The notes beneath the pieces are model-generated. The model was given only the letters and a program-made list of their open reading frames with translations, did not search any database and was not told the DNA's origin. DNA of 64,000 nucleotides from Flectonema sp. DT1601. Lineage: Eukaryota. The stretch covers positions 186,001-250,000 of the forward strand of contig OZ025795.1 of the NCBI GenBank assembly GCA_964019425.1, read 5' to 3'. The position numbers and the translations under genes were made by a program. Shown here one piece after another: positions 23,686 to 35,764 of this stretch; position 1 is the first letter of the stretch, and each line of letters begins with the position of its first letter.

Positions 23686-24639
23686 GGGAGGCGTGTCAGA
23701 CTGAAGTGATCAGGTTAAAGAGAAGAACGAGAACAATAGTTGTTATTGCATAGCTGTTTGGAAAAATAGATATTAAAAGAAATAAAAAGAACTCAAGATT
23801 ATCATGTTCAGTATAAATAGGTTGTGTGTTTTTTTTTTTTTTTTTTTTTTTTGTTACTTGTGTAAAATTGCAACGAAAGTTTTAATACTTTTTTTCTTCT
23901 TCTAGTTAGTTTTTTTTCCCTTGTTTCTCTTGTTATTTTATTTCTGTTTCTTTTTTTGTTTTTCCTTCATTCTTATTTCCCTTGGTGAAGGGTCGTTCAG
24001 ATTGTTTTCACTCAAAAAAAGAATGATGCGAATACATGTTTTTGTTTTGGGGCAAAAAAATATGTGTCAGGCCGAACTCTAGCTAACCACAAAAACAAAT
24101 TAGCTTCTTTTAATTTACGTTTATGATAGATAGATAGGAAGGAAGTCCAATACATTGCGTACTGTGCATCGCTGATACAGCAAGCTAGGGAGCGTCGGGT
24201 TAACTCCCTAGAGCTACGAGGCAACAGCAACGTAATTATGCAGAGACATCTTATCCCACTAGGGTGATATGAGAACAACACGTAAAATGAAATTTTGATT
24301 GAAAAAAAACAGCAAAAAAGGCGGCAAGAAAAAAGGCAATGTTAAACACTGTTGGCGAACTAAATAGTCAACACCCGAGTGCTTCAGACATGAAGTCTAT
24401 TCAGTTTTTTTTTCATTATTATTATTTCTTTTTTTTTTTTTTTTTTCGTTCTTAGGCTGTTCTACTTCTTTAGTTTTATTCAGAAACTGAGAGGGCGACG
24501 TGACAAAGAATACTTCTTTGTACGCATTAAAGAGAGGTTGACATTCTGGTCTGTAATGTATTTGTGGGAAAAAATACTTTTTTTTTTTTTTTTGTTTCCT
24601 CTTTGTGGTGGGAGTGGGTCCTGACACATAGCTGAGTTC

Positions 24640-24873
24640 CTACAGACATTCGTCACCGGCTTCACACAGGTGTCCAAATATGTCCATTCTTCCATCTGGT
24701 GCGTATTGTGTAAATGAAATATTGTAGTTAAAAGAAGTGTTGCCCATGTTGGATACGCAAGACAATTCACCTAATGTACCTGGCCGACCCTTACAAATTG
24801 GATCTTTAACTAGTGGAGCTGCCTTCGATGGTGAACCTGCCTGCACGGCCTTGGAAAGTCCTGCGTGTGGCAT
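24640..24873 (-). CDS. Small hypothetical protein (77 aa)
   Basis: ATG at 24873 lies just downstream of a pyrimidine-rich TTTTCTCTCAG acceptor (~24901). GC content is coding-like. Confidence 0.45.
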   Translation of the reverse strand: MPHAGLSKAVQAGSPSKAAPLVKDPICKGRPGTLGELSCVSNMGNTSFNYNISFTQYAPDGRMDIFGHLCEAGDECL

Positions 24874-25087
24874 CTTGTGTAAGAGGTAATGTAAATACAA
24901 CTGAGAGAAAAAAAAACAATAATTGTTTATTAAAAAAAATTGAGTATTTCAAATTCAAAATCCTATAGTATCTAATATTGGTTTCTTCTACTCTAAATGA
25001 AGGTATGTCTGTAGTTCTGGGAAGGTGGCATACTGAGATGTCAGTACTGATGATGAGAGCAACTATGTGTAAGATTTCTATTAAGAT

Positions 25088-28000
25088 CTATTGGTGGCTG
25101 TCGCCACCGAGTCCCCCAAACTCTCGCTCAACAACACCGTCACACATTCCTTCTATAAGTTGTTCCATTTCCCTTCCGCTATCAATGAGAACGTTTTGTA
25201 GTATTGCGTCAGTTATTTTATTGACAAAAGGGGCCGGACATTTGTTAGCATGTTGCCACATTGTATATTCTGAATTATAATTTTGAATTGAGTCAGCTGA
25301 CGCAGCTGAGAGACGCTTTGGAGCAGCAGTAAGAAGAACCTTCTCAACAGTCTGCTGAGAGTTTCCCTTGGGAATTAACTCTGGCGGGATGTCAAGCGGA
25401 AGAGGTTTCGGAACTCTCGGAATTGAAGACAACGGCAACTGATGAGCTGATTCGGAAGTACTTTGCGGAGGAGCAATAAAAATTGCTGGCATCGTTACTG
25501 AGGGTGGTGATGGTGGTTTCTGTGGTCTCGGTGGGGTCAAATCTGGCATCTCTTTTTTAAGTATTTTACTTTCAAAGTTATTATTACTTTCAACAGGTTT
25601 ATCAACAGAAGACTTCTTTTTGAGAATCTGCTCCATTTCCTTACTTGTTCTATTCCATAACATTGCAGCATCCTGATCCATTTGACGTACTTTCTGTTTG
25701 TTGTAATAATAAAATAATGTCGTCAGTTTTATTAAAAACTCAACTGAGTAACAAGACATACCTGTAAAACTGTTTCTATGTGACTGTTGTATTCCCTAAC
25801 ATTTCTAAATATCTGACTGTCACCTGACGTTGCGGAATACGCAGTCTGTTTGTTATATTTGTTTACTTCTTCAAAAAGTAGGCAACGTATAAAGCAAGGT
25901 ATCAGAAAAGCTTAAAAGACTTCTTAGAAACTCTCGAACACGTGGGTGTGCGTTAATTCCATATCCGGAAGGAACGCGACCGTATTGCGTACTTTCTAAA
26001 AAGAGATTGGGAACTTCCTCTACAACAAAAATGATCAGCAGGGAAGCAGGAACACGGCAGAAAAAGCAACGCTCAGACACGAAAGCTACGTCAACAAATA
26101 GCATTCAGGTGACTCACGGTCTGCAGAACTATGAGATCGGCTTTCTATCTCGTCAATCATTCGCGTTGCTATTTTCCCCTTTTTTCCAACTCCCACAAAA
26201 ACACAGAAAAGATGTCGCACACACAGAGCTCAGACAGCAGGACGGTAGTTGCAGTTTGGTTTCATGAGTAAAGGTTGGAAGCCATCAAATATTATGATAA
26301 GGTGATCATCTTCGCTCTGAATGACGACAACTCAAATCAACGAGAAGAAGACGAAGAAGAGAGAACGACAAGGAAGCACGAAGTCAGCAAGTTTTAAACC
26401 TTTTTTCAAGTCACGAGAAATCAGAAGCAAGACTGGCGTTGGAAAGGTTGTGTGTGTTATCCATCATGTGAATCATGTGAGAAGTGCAGGTATTTCAAAT
26501 GCATGAAAGGAATCGAAAAAGAACAACGCACTCACAACAGCAGGGCAACAAAAGGATCAGCTTGAAGGCCGAAATTACTTGAAATCAATAAAAAGGATTT
26601 TCATACGAACGAGATCTATTGGGTAATTTCTATATCATCATGAGATATTGTGGAATCAATAACAACACAGAGAGGCGGATCTCAGGCAAAGTCAGATGAG
26701 CGAACGGCAAACATCTTCCGAGGTTGTCTGGACCCACAAAACATAAAGAAGGTCGTGCAGGGGATTCGACTCGGCTATCCTTCAACAACAGGCAGGCAAT
26801 ACGATGAATGGAACAACGACCTCACAACAGCGGGCAACAAAAGGATGAAGACCAGACAATCAGACAGCCCGTCGTTGTTTGTCACCAGATCTGCACCCAA
26901 AGGGAGCAGGTAAGGCATCAGCTTGCAATACGACTTTTTCATCACGTGTCTGAAATAAATACATAAAAAGCCAGGTGTGAGGCCCCCCACAAATCATAGC
27001 ACAGCAAGGCTCAAGTCAGACAAAGTAGTAGTAAGAAGTTATCGTCAAATATAATCCGACATATGCTTGTTATGATATGTGATCATCATATTACTTTAGA
27101 CAGTCAGTTTCAGAGAAAGCAACGCTCAGACACGAAAGCTACGTCAACAAATAGCATTCAGGTGACTCACGGTCTGCAGAACTATGAGATCGGCTTTCTA
27201 TCTCGTCAATCATTCGCGTTGCTATTTTCCCCTTTTTTCCAACTCCCACAAAACACAGAAAGATGTCGCACACACAGAGCTCAGACAGCAGGACGGTAGT
27301 TGCAGTTTGGTTTCATGAGTAAAGGTTGGAAGCCATCAAATATTATGATAAGGTGATCATCTTCGCTCTGAATGACGACAACTCAAATCAACGAGAAGAA
27401 GAAGAGAGAACGACAAGGAAGCACGAAGTCAGCAAGTTTTAAACCTTTTTTCAAGTCACGAGAAATCAGAAGCAAGACTGGCGTTGGAAAGGTTGTGTGT
27501 GTTATCCATCATGTGAATCATGTGAGAAGTGCTGGTATTCCAAATGCATGAAAGGAATCGAAAAAGAACAACGCACTCACAACAGCAGGGCAACAAAAGG
27601 ATCAGCTTGAAGGCCGAAATTACTTGAAATCAATAAAAAGAATTTTCATACGAACGAGATCTATTGGGTAATTTCTATATCATCATGAGATATTGTGGAA
27701 TCAATAACAACACAGAGAGGCGGATCTCAGGCAAAGTCAGATGAGCGAATGGCAAACATCTTCCGAGGTTGTCTGGACCCACAAAACATAAAGAAGGTCG
27801 TGCAGGGGATTCGACTCGGCTATCCTTCAACAACAGGCAGGCAATAAGATGAATGGAACAACGACCTCACAACAGCGGGCAACAAAGGATGAAGACCAGA
27901 CAATCAGACAGCCCGTCGTTGTTTGTCACCAGATCTGCACCCAAAGGGAGCAGGTAAGGCATCAGCTTGCAATACGACTTTCTCATCATGTGTCTGAAAT

Positions 28001-30423
28001 TACTTCAAAGGAGATACATCAAGAGATTCTTGTACACGTGGGTGTGCGTTAATTCCATATCCGGAAGGAACGCGACCGTATTGCGTACTTTCTAAAAAGA
28101 AATTGGGAACTTACTTAACAAAAAGGATCAGCAGGGAAGCAGAGGAACACTGTAGTAAAAGCAACGCTCAGACACGAAAGCTACGTCAACAAATAGCATT
28201 CAGGTGACTCACGGTCTGCAGAACTATGAGATCGGCTTTCTATCTCGTCAATCATTCGCGTTGCTATTTTCCTCCTTTTTTCCAACTCCCACAAAAACAC
28301 AGAAAAGATGTCGCACACACAGAGCTCAGACAGCAGGACGGTAGTTGCAGTTTGGTTTCATGAGTAAAGGTTGGAAGCCATCAAATATTATGATAAGGTG
28401 ATCATCTTCGCTCTGAATGACGACAATTCAAATCAACGAGAAGAAGAAGAGAGAACGACAAGGAAGCACGAAGTCAGCAAGTTTTAAACCTTTTTTCAAG
28501 TCACGAGAAATCAGAAGCAAGACTGGCGTTGGAAAGGTTGTGTTTGTTATCCATCATATAACGCGGGGAATGCACGACAGAAAACGGGAACTTTTTGTGA
28601 TTACACTTTAACTAATTAAAACAGAAATATAATCATACCTCTGTTGTGATTTCATCTTCATCTGTATGAGCATCTGAAACTGAAGATGATTGAAATGGTT
28701 TATTACTAAAAGATTGCTGTGTGTCAATAGGATAAAGAGGTGAAGTAGAAACACAAGCGTATTCCGGACTACGAGAATTAAGTTCATGTGCCAGAGGACT
28801 AGTTGCCATATTTACTTGTGTGAGGTTTGAGACGATCGGAGAAGTAGAAGTTTCCTGAAGTTGTTTCTTTTTAGGAACAAAGAACTCTGCGAGGTTAGAA
28901 ACAATCTGAGGAACAGGAACAGGTGTGTTTCTATTCGATGCTCGACCTGATCCATACTTCTTTGTGAATTGTCCTGGAAGTGTTCCTCTCCTCTTTCCAT
29001 TTGTTGAACTCCATTTTGAAGCTTTCGCTAACACCTTCTGTCCTTTTGGTTCCTTTTGTCCCGGACTTCCGCTTCGGCTTCTACTCCTATCTGGTGATCG
29101 TTCCTTCGAACGTTTTGCTTTCTCTGCTCTCGCCATTTCGCTTGCTTCCTTTTCTTCTTCTTGCTTTGCTTTTTCAGCTAATTTCCGAAGCATGGAAATG
29201 TTGTTTTGGATATCCTCATGAACCTTCCTCGTAATTGGAGATTGGTCACCGTCCTCTTGTCGAGGAGGGGGAACAAAATCAGAAGGCAGCGGCAATTGCT
29301 GCTGCTGTTCGGGAGTAAGAGAATGGAATATGAGCTCTAGCTGTTGGCGAACCAATTGAGGAGACGGAGCAGGGCTACCCGGAGTTGTATTCTTAAGAGT
29401 TTGTAAAACCTGCTGTGGAGATAGAGAAGGAGACTGGGCAGCCTGTTGAGGTTGTTGCTGTTGTCGTATAAATTGCTGTTGCTGTTCTTGAATCTTTTGC
29501 AGCTGCAGTTGTAAATCCTGTAATTGTTGCTGCTGAATACGACCATCGTGTTGTTGCTGTTGTTGCTGTTGTTGGTAAGGTTGCTGCTGTTGTTGCTGTT
29601 GGTGATGTTGCTGCTGAGTTTGTTGTTGCTGCTGCGACGACTGCGGTTGCTGTTGAGTTTGTTGTTGCTCACCAGAATAAGGAGCTGCAAGCCCAATTCC
29701 TGTCTGTTGTGGGTAAGTACTACTCCCACTAGCTACTTGATGTTGAGGAGTAGCTGACTGTGAAGCCATAAAAGTATTAGAAATTCTACTTTCAGTCTGC
29801 TTTGGATGTTTCTGTTGAAGAAGTGAAGCTCTGGTTGGTCTACTAAGTCTTTGATACAGAGGAGGATCCATTGGCTGCCTCCTTCCCATCCCACCACCAA
29901 TTCCTGGGATCTTCCCACCAGCTACAGCTTTTGATACTTTCCCTCTCATATAATTTGGAAGGTGAGTATGAGTATTTACCTTTCTGTGGTTGTTCAGAAC
30001 AGTGTTCAAACCATAAGTAGAGATGCATTGCTCAACATCAAGACGGGCTATTTCCTGCACAGTTTGCATGTATTTAAGACGCTGTAGAAGTTGGTTACCT
30101 GAGAGTCCTAATTGTTCGTACTGCTCGTAGGTGACGTTTGGGGTTTCAGGCTGTTGCTGTGGCTGCGTAGGTTGCTGTTGCTGCTGTGGCGACGGTGGCT
30201 GTTGCTGCATCGGTGGTTGCTGCTGTTGTTGCCGTGGTTGTGGTTGCAATGAAGGCGGAGGTTGAAGAGGAGAACTATCAGCTACAGGCGAGGGATTTAC
30301 TGCCGGACTTGGTGCAGCATCTCGGGCCTGACTCTGACTATTGCTAACTACCGTTTCATTAGGCGACTCGATCCTACCCGTCGAATCCCCACCGGCCTCA
30401 CTGTAACTGCTACTGGAGCTCAT
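25088..30423 (-). CDS. Gln/Pro-rich low-complexity hypothetical protein (3 exons)
   Basis: ORF 28633-30423 ends at donor GAG|GTATG (28638). An 84-nt exon 25845-25762 (TAYSATSG...ETVLQ) and intron 25694-25761 join in frame to ORF 25088-25759. Confidence 0.8.
25930..28558 (-). ncRNA. snoRNA array 4 (intronic in the Gln-rich gene); modules G A B C D E F H A B C D E F G A B C
   Basis: Lies within the 2,793-nt intron 25846-28638 (GTATGA...AAACAG). Confidence 0.85.
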
Positions 30424-31130
30424 TTTATGTTCTCATTACTGCCAGGAAATACTTTATAATTGTACTCAACTACAGGAAATACAACATACCCATTCAGAGG
30501 TAGTGAGTTGATCGAAGAAGTGAGAACACGACTTAGACACGTACGAGTATTAAACGGAAGGACGCGGACGCTTTTCTTTTTCCTTTTTTTACTTATTCTT
30601 TCTGGAGGTTGGAAGGAAACGCACTGCAACACTCGTGGAGGATCCATCTCCCGATCGGTCACAGACCGACAAGTATACTTTAACGTGACAAAAGACACAT
30701 CAGTCAGAAACTGTTGATTTGTAGCTGTAAACTATCGACTATTCGAGTAGAGTCTCCACCCTACTCTTTACGTTGATGTTGCTATAGCGATCTATAGTCA
30801 GCAGACACGAAATGAATTATCGACTCACACGAAGATGAAAACTCTTCCTCCGAGACAAGTCTCGGTGGACCTTTTCTAAAAGAGGAGAGAGGTGGAACAC
30901 TCACGAGTGTCCATTACTATTTTTTTTTTTTTTTGTATGTTAAAAAAAAAAAAAAAAAAAAAAGAAACTTATTCTCACTGAGATACTTAATCAGTAAAAA
31001 AAAGAACCAAAAAAAAAAAAAAAAAAATTATAATAACTCATCGGAAAGGGGGAAACGGGAGAGCTTTCTTTCTACCTATATCTAACGGGAAAGTTCCCTT
31101 TCACGTATTTTTTCGCATATTTATATGAAA

Positions 31131-34100
31131 TCACTTCGGAGGAGTTCTAGCAAAAGATACAACGTTAGCGGATGATGATCTGGTAAACACATTTCTTATA
31201 AAGGTGTCTCTTGTTACGAGATTTCCGTCGTTACCTCGTAGGAGGGGTGAAGAATCTCCTGTGAATCGGAGGACGTATTCACCAGTTTCACCAGTTTGGG
31301 TACCAGTAATATCTTTAGCGTTAAATGTCCAACCAGCTTCACTACTCCAAGCTTCACCATGACCAAGTGATAGTCTGTCAGCAGTAATCCAGTCTTGCAT
31401 AGTGTATCCGTCTTGTAAAAATTCCCCTCTTGTTTTTGCTGTTCCATCCCGAGGATCTTTTCGTCTCTCTTCTTGGTCTCTAATCTGATCCCATTCTTCG
31501 TTAAATTTATCTAAAATAAACGACACGACTAAATTCAAACCTGCCAATGCACCCAAAACCCAAAAAACAGTAAAATAAATCCGAGCAGTTCTGTCGGTTA
31601 CTGCTACGTAGCCTGCAACGTATGAGTTCCAATTGTTCATAATAAGACACGCGAATAACATTACAAAACCTGAGCTTTGATCATTAAAGTTCATCCACAC
31701 CCAGGGAGTCATATCATTCGGTGGCATTTCAGTGTTTATTTTGCCTCCAAAAATATCGGTTCCGAGGTAGGAGAAGAAATACATCAGAGCAAAGAACAAA
31801 ATTGAGACCTTCTTAGCGGTGGGAAGAGCAGCGATAAACGTAGAGAAGATTACTGAAAACCAAGGGAGAATAGCCAAAACACGAAGCAGACGAAGCATTC
31901 TTGCCATCACAACGAATTTCAATAAACGAGGATCCTCATAAGTATTAGGGTAAAGAAGTATAGTTCCAGTGACTAGGGCGAGTACCGCTACGAAGAAGTC
32001 AAATCTGTTTTGATAAGAAGCCCAATACCTCTTTAATCCGTATATTCCAACCTTTATTATTACTTCTAAGACGTATATTATAGTGAACACGTAGTCAATA
32101 CCAGTCTGCCAACCATATTTGGTTATTTCATTTACTGATCCTGTTAGGTATCCCCAAGTCTCTGCTACTACAAGGACACCATTTAAGACAACAATAACGT
32201 CTACGACGAGATCGAATATCGAAGAGGTCGGTGGGAATATTTTTATTTGTTTCCATTGAAACCACTTACGCGATTTAGTGACTTGTTCAGTGCTTACAGA
32301 TGCTGCTGACCAGTAGGACGCTCTCGTTGATTTTGATGATCTCTTGTTGTCTCTAAGCAACGGCGCTGTTTCTCCTTCTTCTTCATCATCTGCAACAACA
32401 ACTCGAGTTCCAAGTTCTGATGATGATGTTGCTGCTGAAATTCGATGTTTAGCTCTGAGACTAGCTTCATTGATTTCTTCATCTCTAACATAATCAGCGT
32501 AGGCATCAAAAAAGTGATCTGGGCTTAAAGCCTCTGGCAAGTCACTTCTATGTGGTAGAGCTATAGACTCATCGCTGATTGGATCATTTCCTCCTACTCC
32601 ACTTCTTAGGTATAATTGACAAGTATCAAAAAGTTGAAATGATGAAGTCACAGGATGCCATACATCACACATGTCGTTGTGAATACAAAAATCGAGAATT
32701 TTAAAACCTCGAAAACCAAACTCCGCTATCAAGTGAGGTGGTAGAGCTTCTTCAATTACTTGTTTAGCCATATCTGACACCTCGTCTAGTTTGGGCATTG
32801 AGGCGAAACGTAGTTCGACATTAAACACTTTTGACATGCCTGATGAGCTTGGAGACCTTCCAAAACCAGGAACTCGAACAGCAAAGAAAATACAAATATC
32901 AAAAGAAGTAAAGAAATCGAAACAAGGCCACGGATACCATATTGCAACAGGAGAGAAAGTTGGACTTGAAGAGAGAATGTTTCTCATCAACTGGAAAACT
33001 GTTGATTTCCAGAGTCTGGGAAACCATCTTTGTATTAAGACTAAGTCAACTCTATTGAATTCACAATTTAACAAAACTGGAAACCTTCGAAACTCTTTTC
33101 TTGAAACAGAATGATCACCATCTCTGTCCAACAAACCGAATATGATTGCGAATTCAGGCTGAGCAATATATCTCACGTGAAAGTTCTGATTCAATGCCTG
33201 ACATAACTCTTCCAACACAGATGATGAAATATATCTCTCTCCAGTAGCAAGATCTTTAGAGACAGCACAGCAATTAAAGGCTGCGTCAATTCCTTCTTCC
33301 CTATGACGAATCATGTCCTCAACATCTTGTCTCTTAGCATCCTGATAGGCGCTGTAGACAACACCAGTCAGTAAATTGATAAAAAAATAAATACCACCAA
33401 TTGTGAATATTAAAAAAAAGAAGAAATATAATCTAGTTTCTGCATAAGCGGGCATCATTACATCGGGGAAGTTATTAGTGGTGAGAAGGATTTGGAGGTT
33501 CCACATTGCTGAACCGAATTCATGAAAATACTGTTTACCTTCTTCTCCATCATTGGGAAACAAAACAACACCAAACCAAGCAAAAGCAATGCAGTAACAA
33601 GTTAGTAGCAGCAGGACTTTAAATAATTCCGGAAGAGTTTTTGTCAAGAATTTTAATTCTCTTCGTAGTTGTGGAGAGTACAATGCTACGAAAGCGATTC
33701 TGAAGTATGGAGAGAGTCGGAAATCACCTGCAGAACCGAAAATGTTGATAATCAGATCCAAGACACTAATGAACGCGACACTGCTGTGTACTATTCTTGC
33801 TGACCATCGAAGGAAGTACTTTGATCCCAGAACATGTAACCAAAGTGCTAAGTCAGACACAAGAACTGTTAAGCAAATCGCTTCGTAAATCTGTGAAGCA
33901 CGCCATCCAATGAAGTTAATTTCCCATGATGGATACACAGCGTGATTAGAACACCTTCCGTCACCTCTACACCAACGTGGGTCTTCAATGAATGTGAGAA
34001 CTGCAAGTGCGATAACAGCCAACCATCTTGGATAATATAACTTTTGACGTATTCTATTAGATCTGTGAGGACCTTTCATATCACGATAAGGTCTAATTGC

Positions 34101-34364
34101 ATTACATTCCATCGCATCTTGAATATACAACGCTGCTAAGGATACTTTTGGTATAGAGTCTACGGGTAAGGCAAATCTCCCATGTCCGACATGTAGTTGA
34201 TTGCTTTTATAAGTTCTTTTCAGTCCATGAAATGCATTTCCTGTATTAGCACCCCATACTGATGTTCTCTCACGTATTCCTGTGTTTCTCTGAAGCAGTG
34301 GTCTTGAAGGTTCGACCCCATCATATGGTGCGTCGCTAGTTGACGATGATACACTTACACTCAT
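31131..34364 (-). CDS. TPC1: Two-pore channel (TPC1-like) with EF-hand linker and inserted BILBO1-N-like domain
   Basis: LLTTNNFPDVMMPAY pore I; DRDGDHSVSRKEF EF-hand; S4 ARMLRLLRVL; LIMNNW pore II; two 6-TM repeats. Confidence 0.9.
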   Translation of the reverse strand: MSVSVSSSTSDAPYDGVEPSRPLLQRNTGIRERTSVWGANTGNAFHGLKRTYKSNQLHVGHGRFALPVDSIPKVSLAALYIQDAMECNAIRPYRDMKGPHRSNRIRQKLYYPRWLAVIALAVLTFIEDPRWCRGDGRCSNHAVYPSWEINFIGWRASQIYEAICLTVLVSDLALWLHVLGSKYFLRWSARIVHSSVAFISVLDLIINIFGSAGDFRLSPYFRIAFVALYSPQLRRELKFLTKTLPELFKVLLLLTCYCIAFAWFGVVLFPNDGEEGKQYFHEFGSAMWNLQILLTTNNFPDVMMPAYAETRLYFFFFLIFTIGGIYFFINLLTGVVYSAYQDAKRQDVEDMIRHREEGIDAAFNCCAVSKDLATGERYISSSVLEELCQALNQNFHVRYIAQPEFAIIFGLLDRDGDHSVSRKEFRRFPVLLNCEFNRVDLVLIQRWFPRLWKSTVFQLMRNILSSSPTFSPVAIWYPWPCFDFFTSFDICIFFAVRVPGFGRSPSSSGMSKVFNVELRFASMPKLDEVSDMAKQVIEEALPPHLIAEFGFRGFKILDFCIHNDMCDVWHPVTSSFQLFDTCQLYLRSGVGGNDPISDESIALPHRSDLPEALSPDHFFDAYADYVRDEEINEASLRAKHRISAATSSSELGTRVVVADDEEEGETAPLLRDNKRSSKSTRASYWSAASVSTEQVTKSRKWFQWKQIKIFPPTSSIFDLVVDVIVVLNGVLVVAETWGYLTGSVNEITKYGWQTGIDYVFTIIYVLEVIIKVGIYGLKRYWASYQNRFDFFVAVLALVTGTILLYPNTYEDPRLLKFVVMARMLRLLRVLAILPWFSVIFSTFIAALPTAKKVSILFFALMYFFSYLGTDIFGGKINTEMPPNDMTPWVWMNFNDQSSGFVMLFACLIMNNWNSYVAGYVAVTDRTARIYFTVFWVLGALAGLNLVVSFILDKFNEEWDQIRDQEERRKDPRDGTAKTRGEFLQDGYTMQDWITADRLSLGHGEAWSSEAGWTFNAKDITGTQTGETGEYVLRFTGDSSPLLRGNDGNLVTRDTFIRNVFTRSSSANVVSFARTPPK

Positions 34365-34466
34365 TTTGTGTGCATCACTCTGATAAATAAAATAAGTTAT
34401 TTGAGTAGTACTGTGAACATAAACAAGCTTCCTGAAGCATACCCTTCTTGGTATAAAGTAAATAGG

Positions 34467-34868
34467 TCACCATTCGAATCCCTTATTAGCAGCTGTTGCT
34501 TTCAAGTCACTGGCCTCTAACACCCATCCCTCTTTAATCAGTTTTGAGTGAATTTCTTTACAGATTTCGTTTGTTAATATTTCGTTACAAAGATTACTTT
34601 TTATAATTTGATAGAATAAACTCATAACCAGAGACGTTTCATTCATTTTTAAAGCTGCTTTCAGTCCTTTACTGAATAGTTGCTCATCAAAGCTTGCTTC
34701 TTTTAAGAGCGATTCCATTCCCGCTGTGCAGTTTATGGCAATACAGTCATCAAGTGCTGCTCTTCTCTTTTCAATGGAAACATTTCCTGATCTTTTTGTA
34801 TAAAGTTCGAAGTTACTCAATTTCGTAATTCTTTTATAATATCTCTTACTTTGTCTCAATCGGATCAT
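34467..34868 (-). CDS. Hypothetical helical protein, possibly mitochondrial
   Basis: 133-aa ORF with an Arg-rich N-terminus MIRLRQSKRYY. Confidence 0.55.
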   Translation of the reverse strand: MIRLRQSKRYYKRITKLSNFELYTKRSGNVSIEKRRAALDDCIAINCTAGMESLLKEASFDEQLFSKGLKAALKMNETSLVMSLFYQIIKSNLCNEILTNEICKEIHSKLIKEGWVLEASDLKATAANKGFEW

Positions 34869-35035
34869 TTCTTTTTTTTTTTTATTACCCACAAAAAAAA
34901 AAATCTGTTGAAATGAAGTACAGTTAAACTATTATTTAGTTGAATAAAAAAGTCATCAATCCCCAGAGTAAAAGTGTAATTACTGAGCCAGAATGTTGCT
35001 ATTACGTGATGGTATCATCGACAAGGATAACGACT

Positions 35036-35764
35036 TTAGTTTTCAATGTAGATTACTGATCCATCAGTTATGTGAAGCTGTCCTAATATAACAAAGTCTG
35101 AGTCCAAAGGTAATTCGTTGAATGTTAAACGAACCTCCTGAGGTTTACATTGCTTCAACTCAGCAACAACCGAACGAAGCTTACAAACCTGCTCATGAAG
35201 ATGAATCGATGTTGTTAGTACTGAACCACTTCTAGATTTTATATAAATATTAGCTGGTTCATACTTTGTTGGAACGATAAACAGCAGAGATCCAGCGACC
35301 ACGTTGGCATCCGTGAGTGTCATGTGCTCTTCGATACAGTTACCTTCAAACATAACTTTATTAGGTTGTGGGATGTTAGTTGGGAATTTACCTTTGACTT
35401 CACTCAATTTTGATCCACCGTTTACATTAATTTCAATTGTTCTGTCTTCAGTTATTACTCTCATGTTAATCATAAATGAGTCGGTTTTTGGTGGAGATAA
35501 GATACTCGTAGATGCGGTGGAAGTTCTTAACTCACCAGCTCTCTTTACGATTTGTTTTTTTACCAAATTAGGAAGTTCACTTGGAAGGTCTTCGTTACAG
35601 TCGACTAACTTCAATGCGTCGAGTGATATCAACCCGCAACCTCTTAGTGAGGATTCCCATTCCGTTAGTCCCATCGCCTGAAGCTCATCAGTCAAACAGC
35701 TATCAGGCGACATTGTTGGGGCTGATGGAGCGCTTGCGTTTGGGTACTCATTTCCGTATCCCAT
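35036..35764 (-). CDS. Protein with a SAM-like region and two ubiquitin-like domains
   Basis: GLTEWESSLRGCGL SAM-like helix; INMRVITEDRTIEI... and IYIKSRSGSVLT...VRLTFNELPL...LHITDGSVIYI ubiquitin folds. Confidence 0.65.
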   Translation of the reverse strand: MGYGNEYPNASAPSAPTMSPDSCLTDELQAMGLTEWESSLRGCGLISLDALKLVDCNEDLPSELPNLVKKQIVKRAGELRTSTASTSILSPPKTDSFMINMRVITEDRTIEINVNGGSKLSEVKGKFPTNIPQPNKVMFEGNCIEEHMTLTDANVVAGSLLFIVPTKYEPANIYIKSRSGSVLTTSIHLHEQVCKLRSVVAELKQCKPQEVRLTFNELPLDSDFVILGQLHITDGSVIYIEN

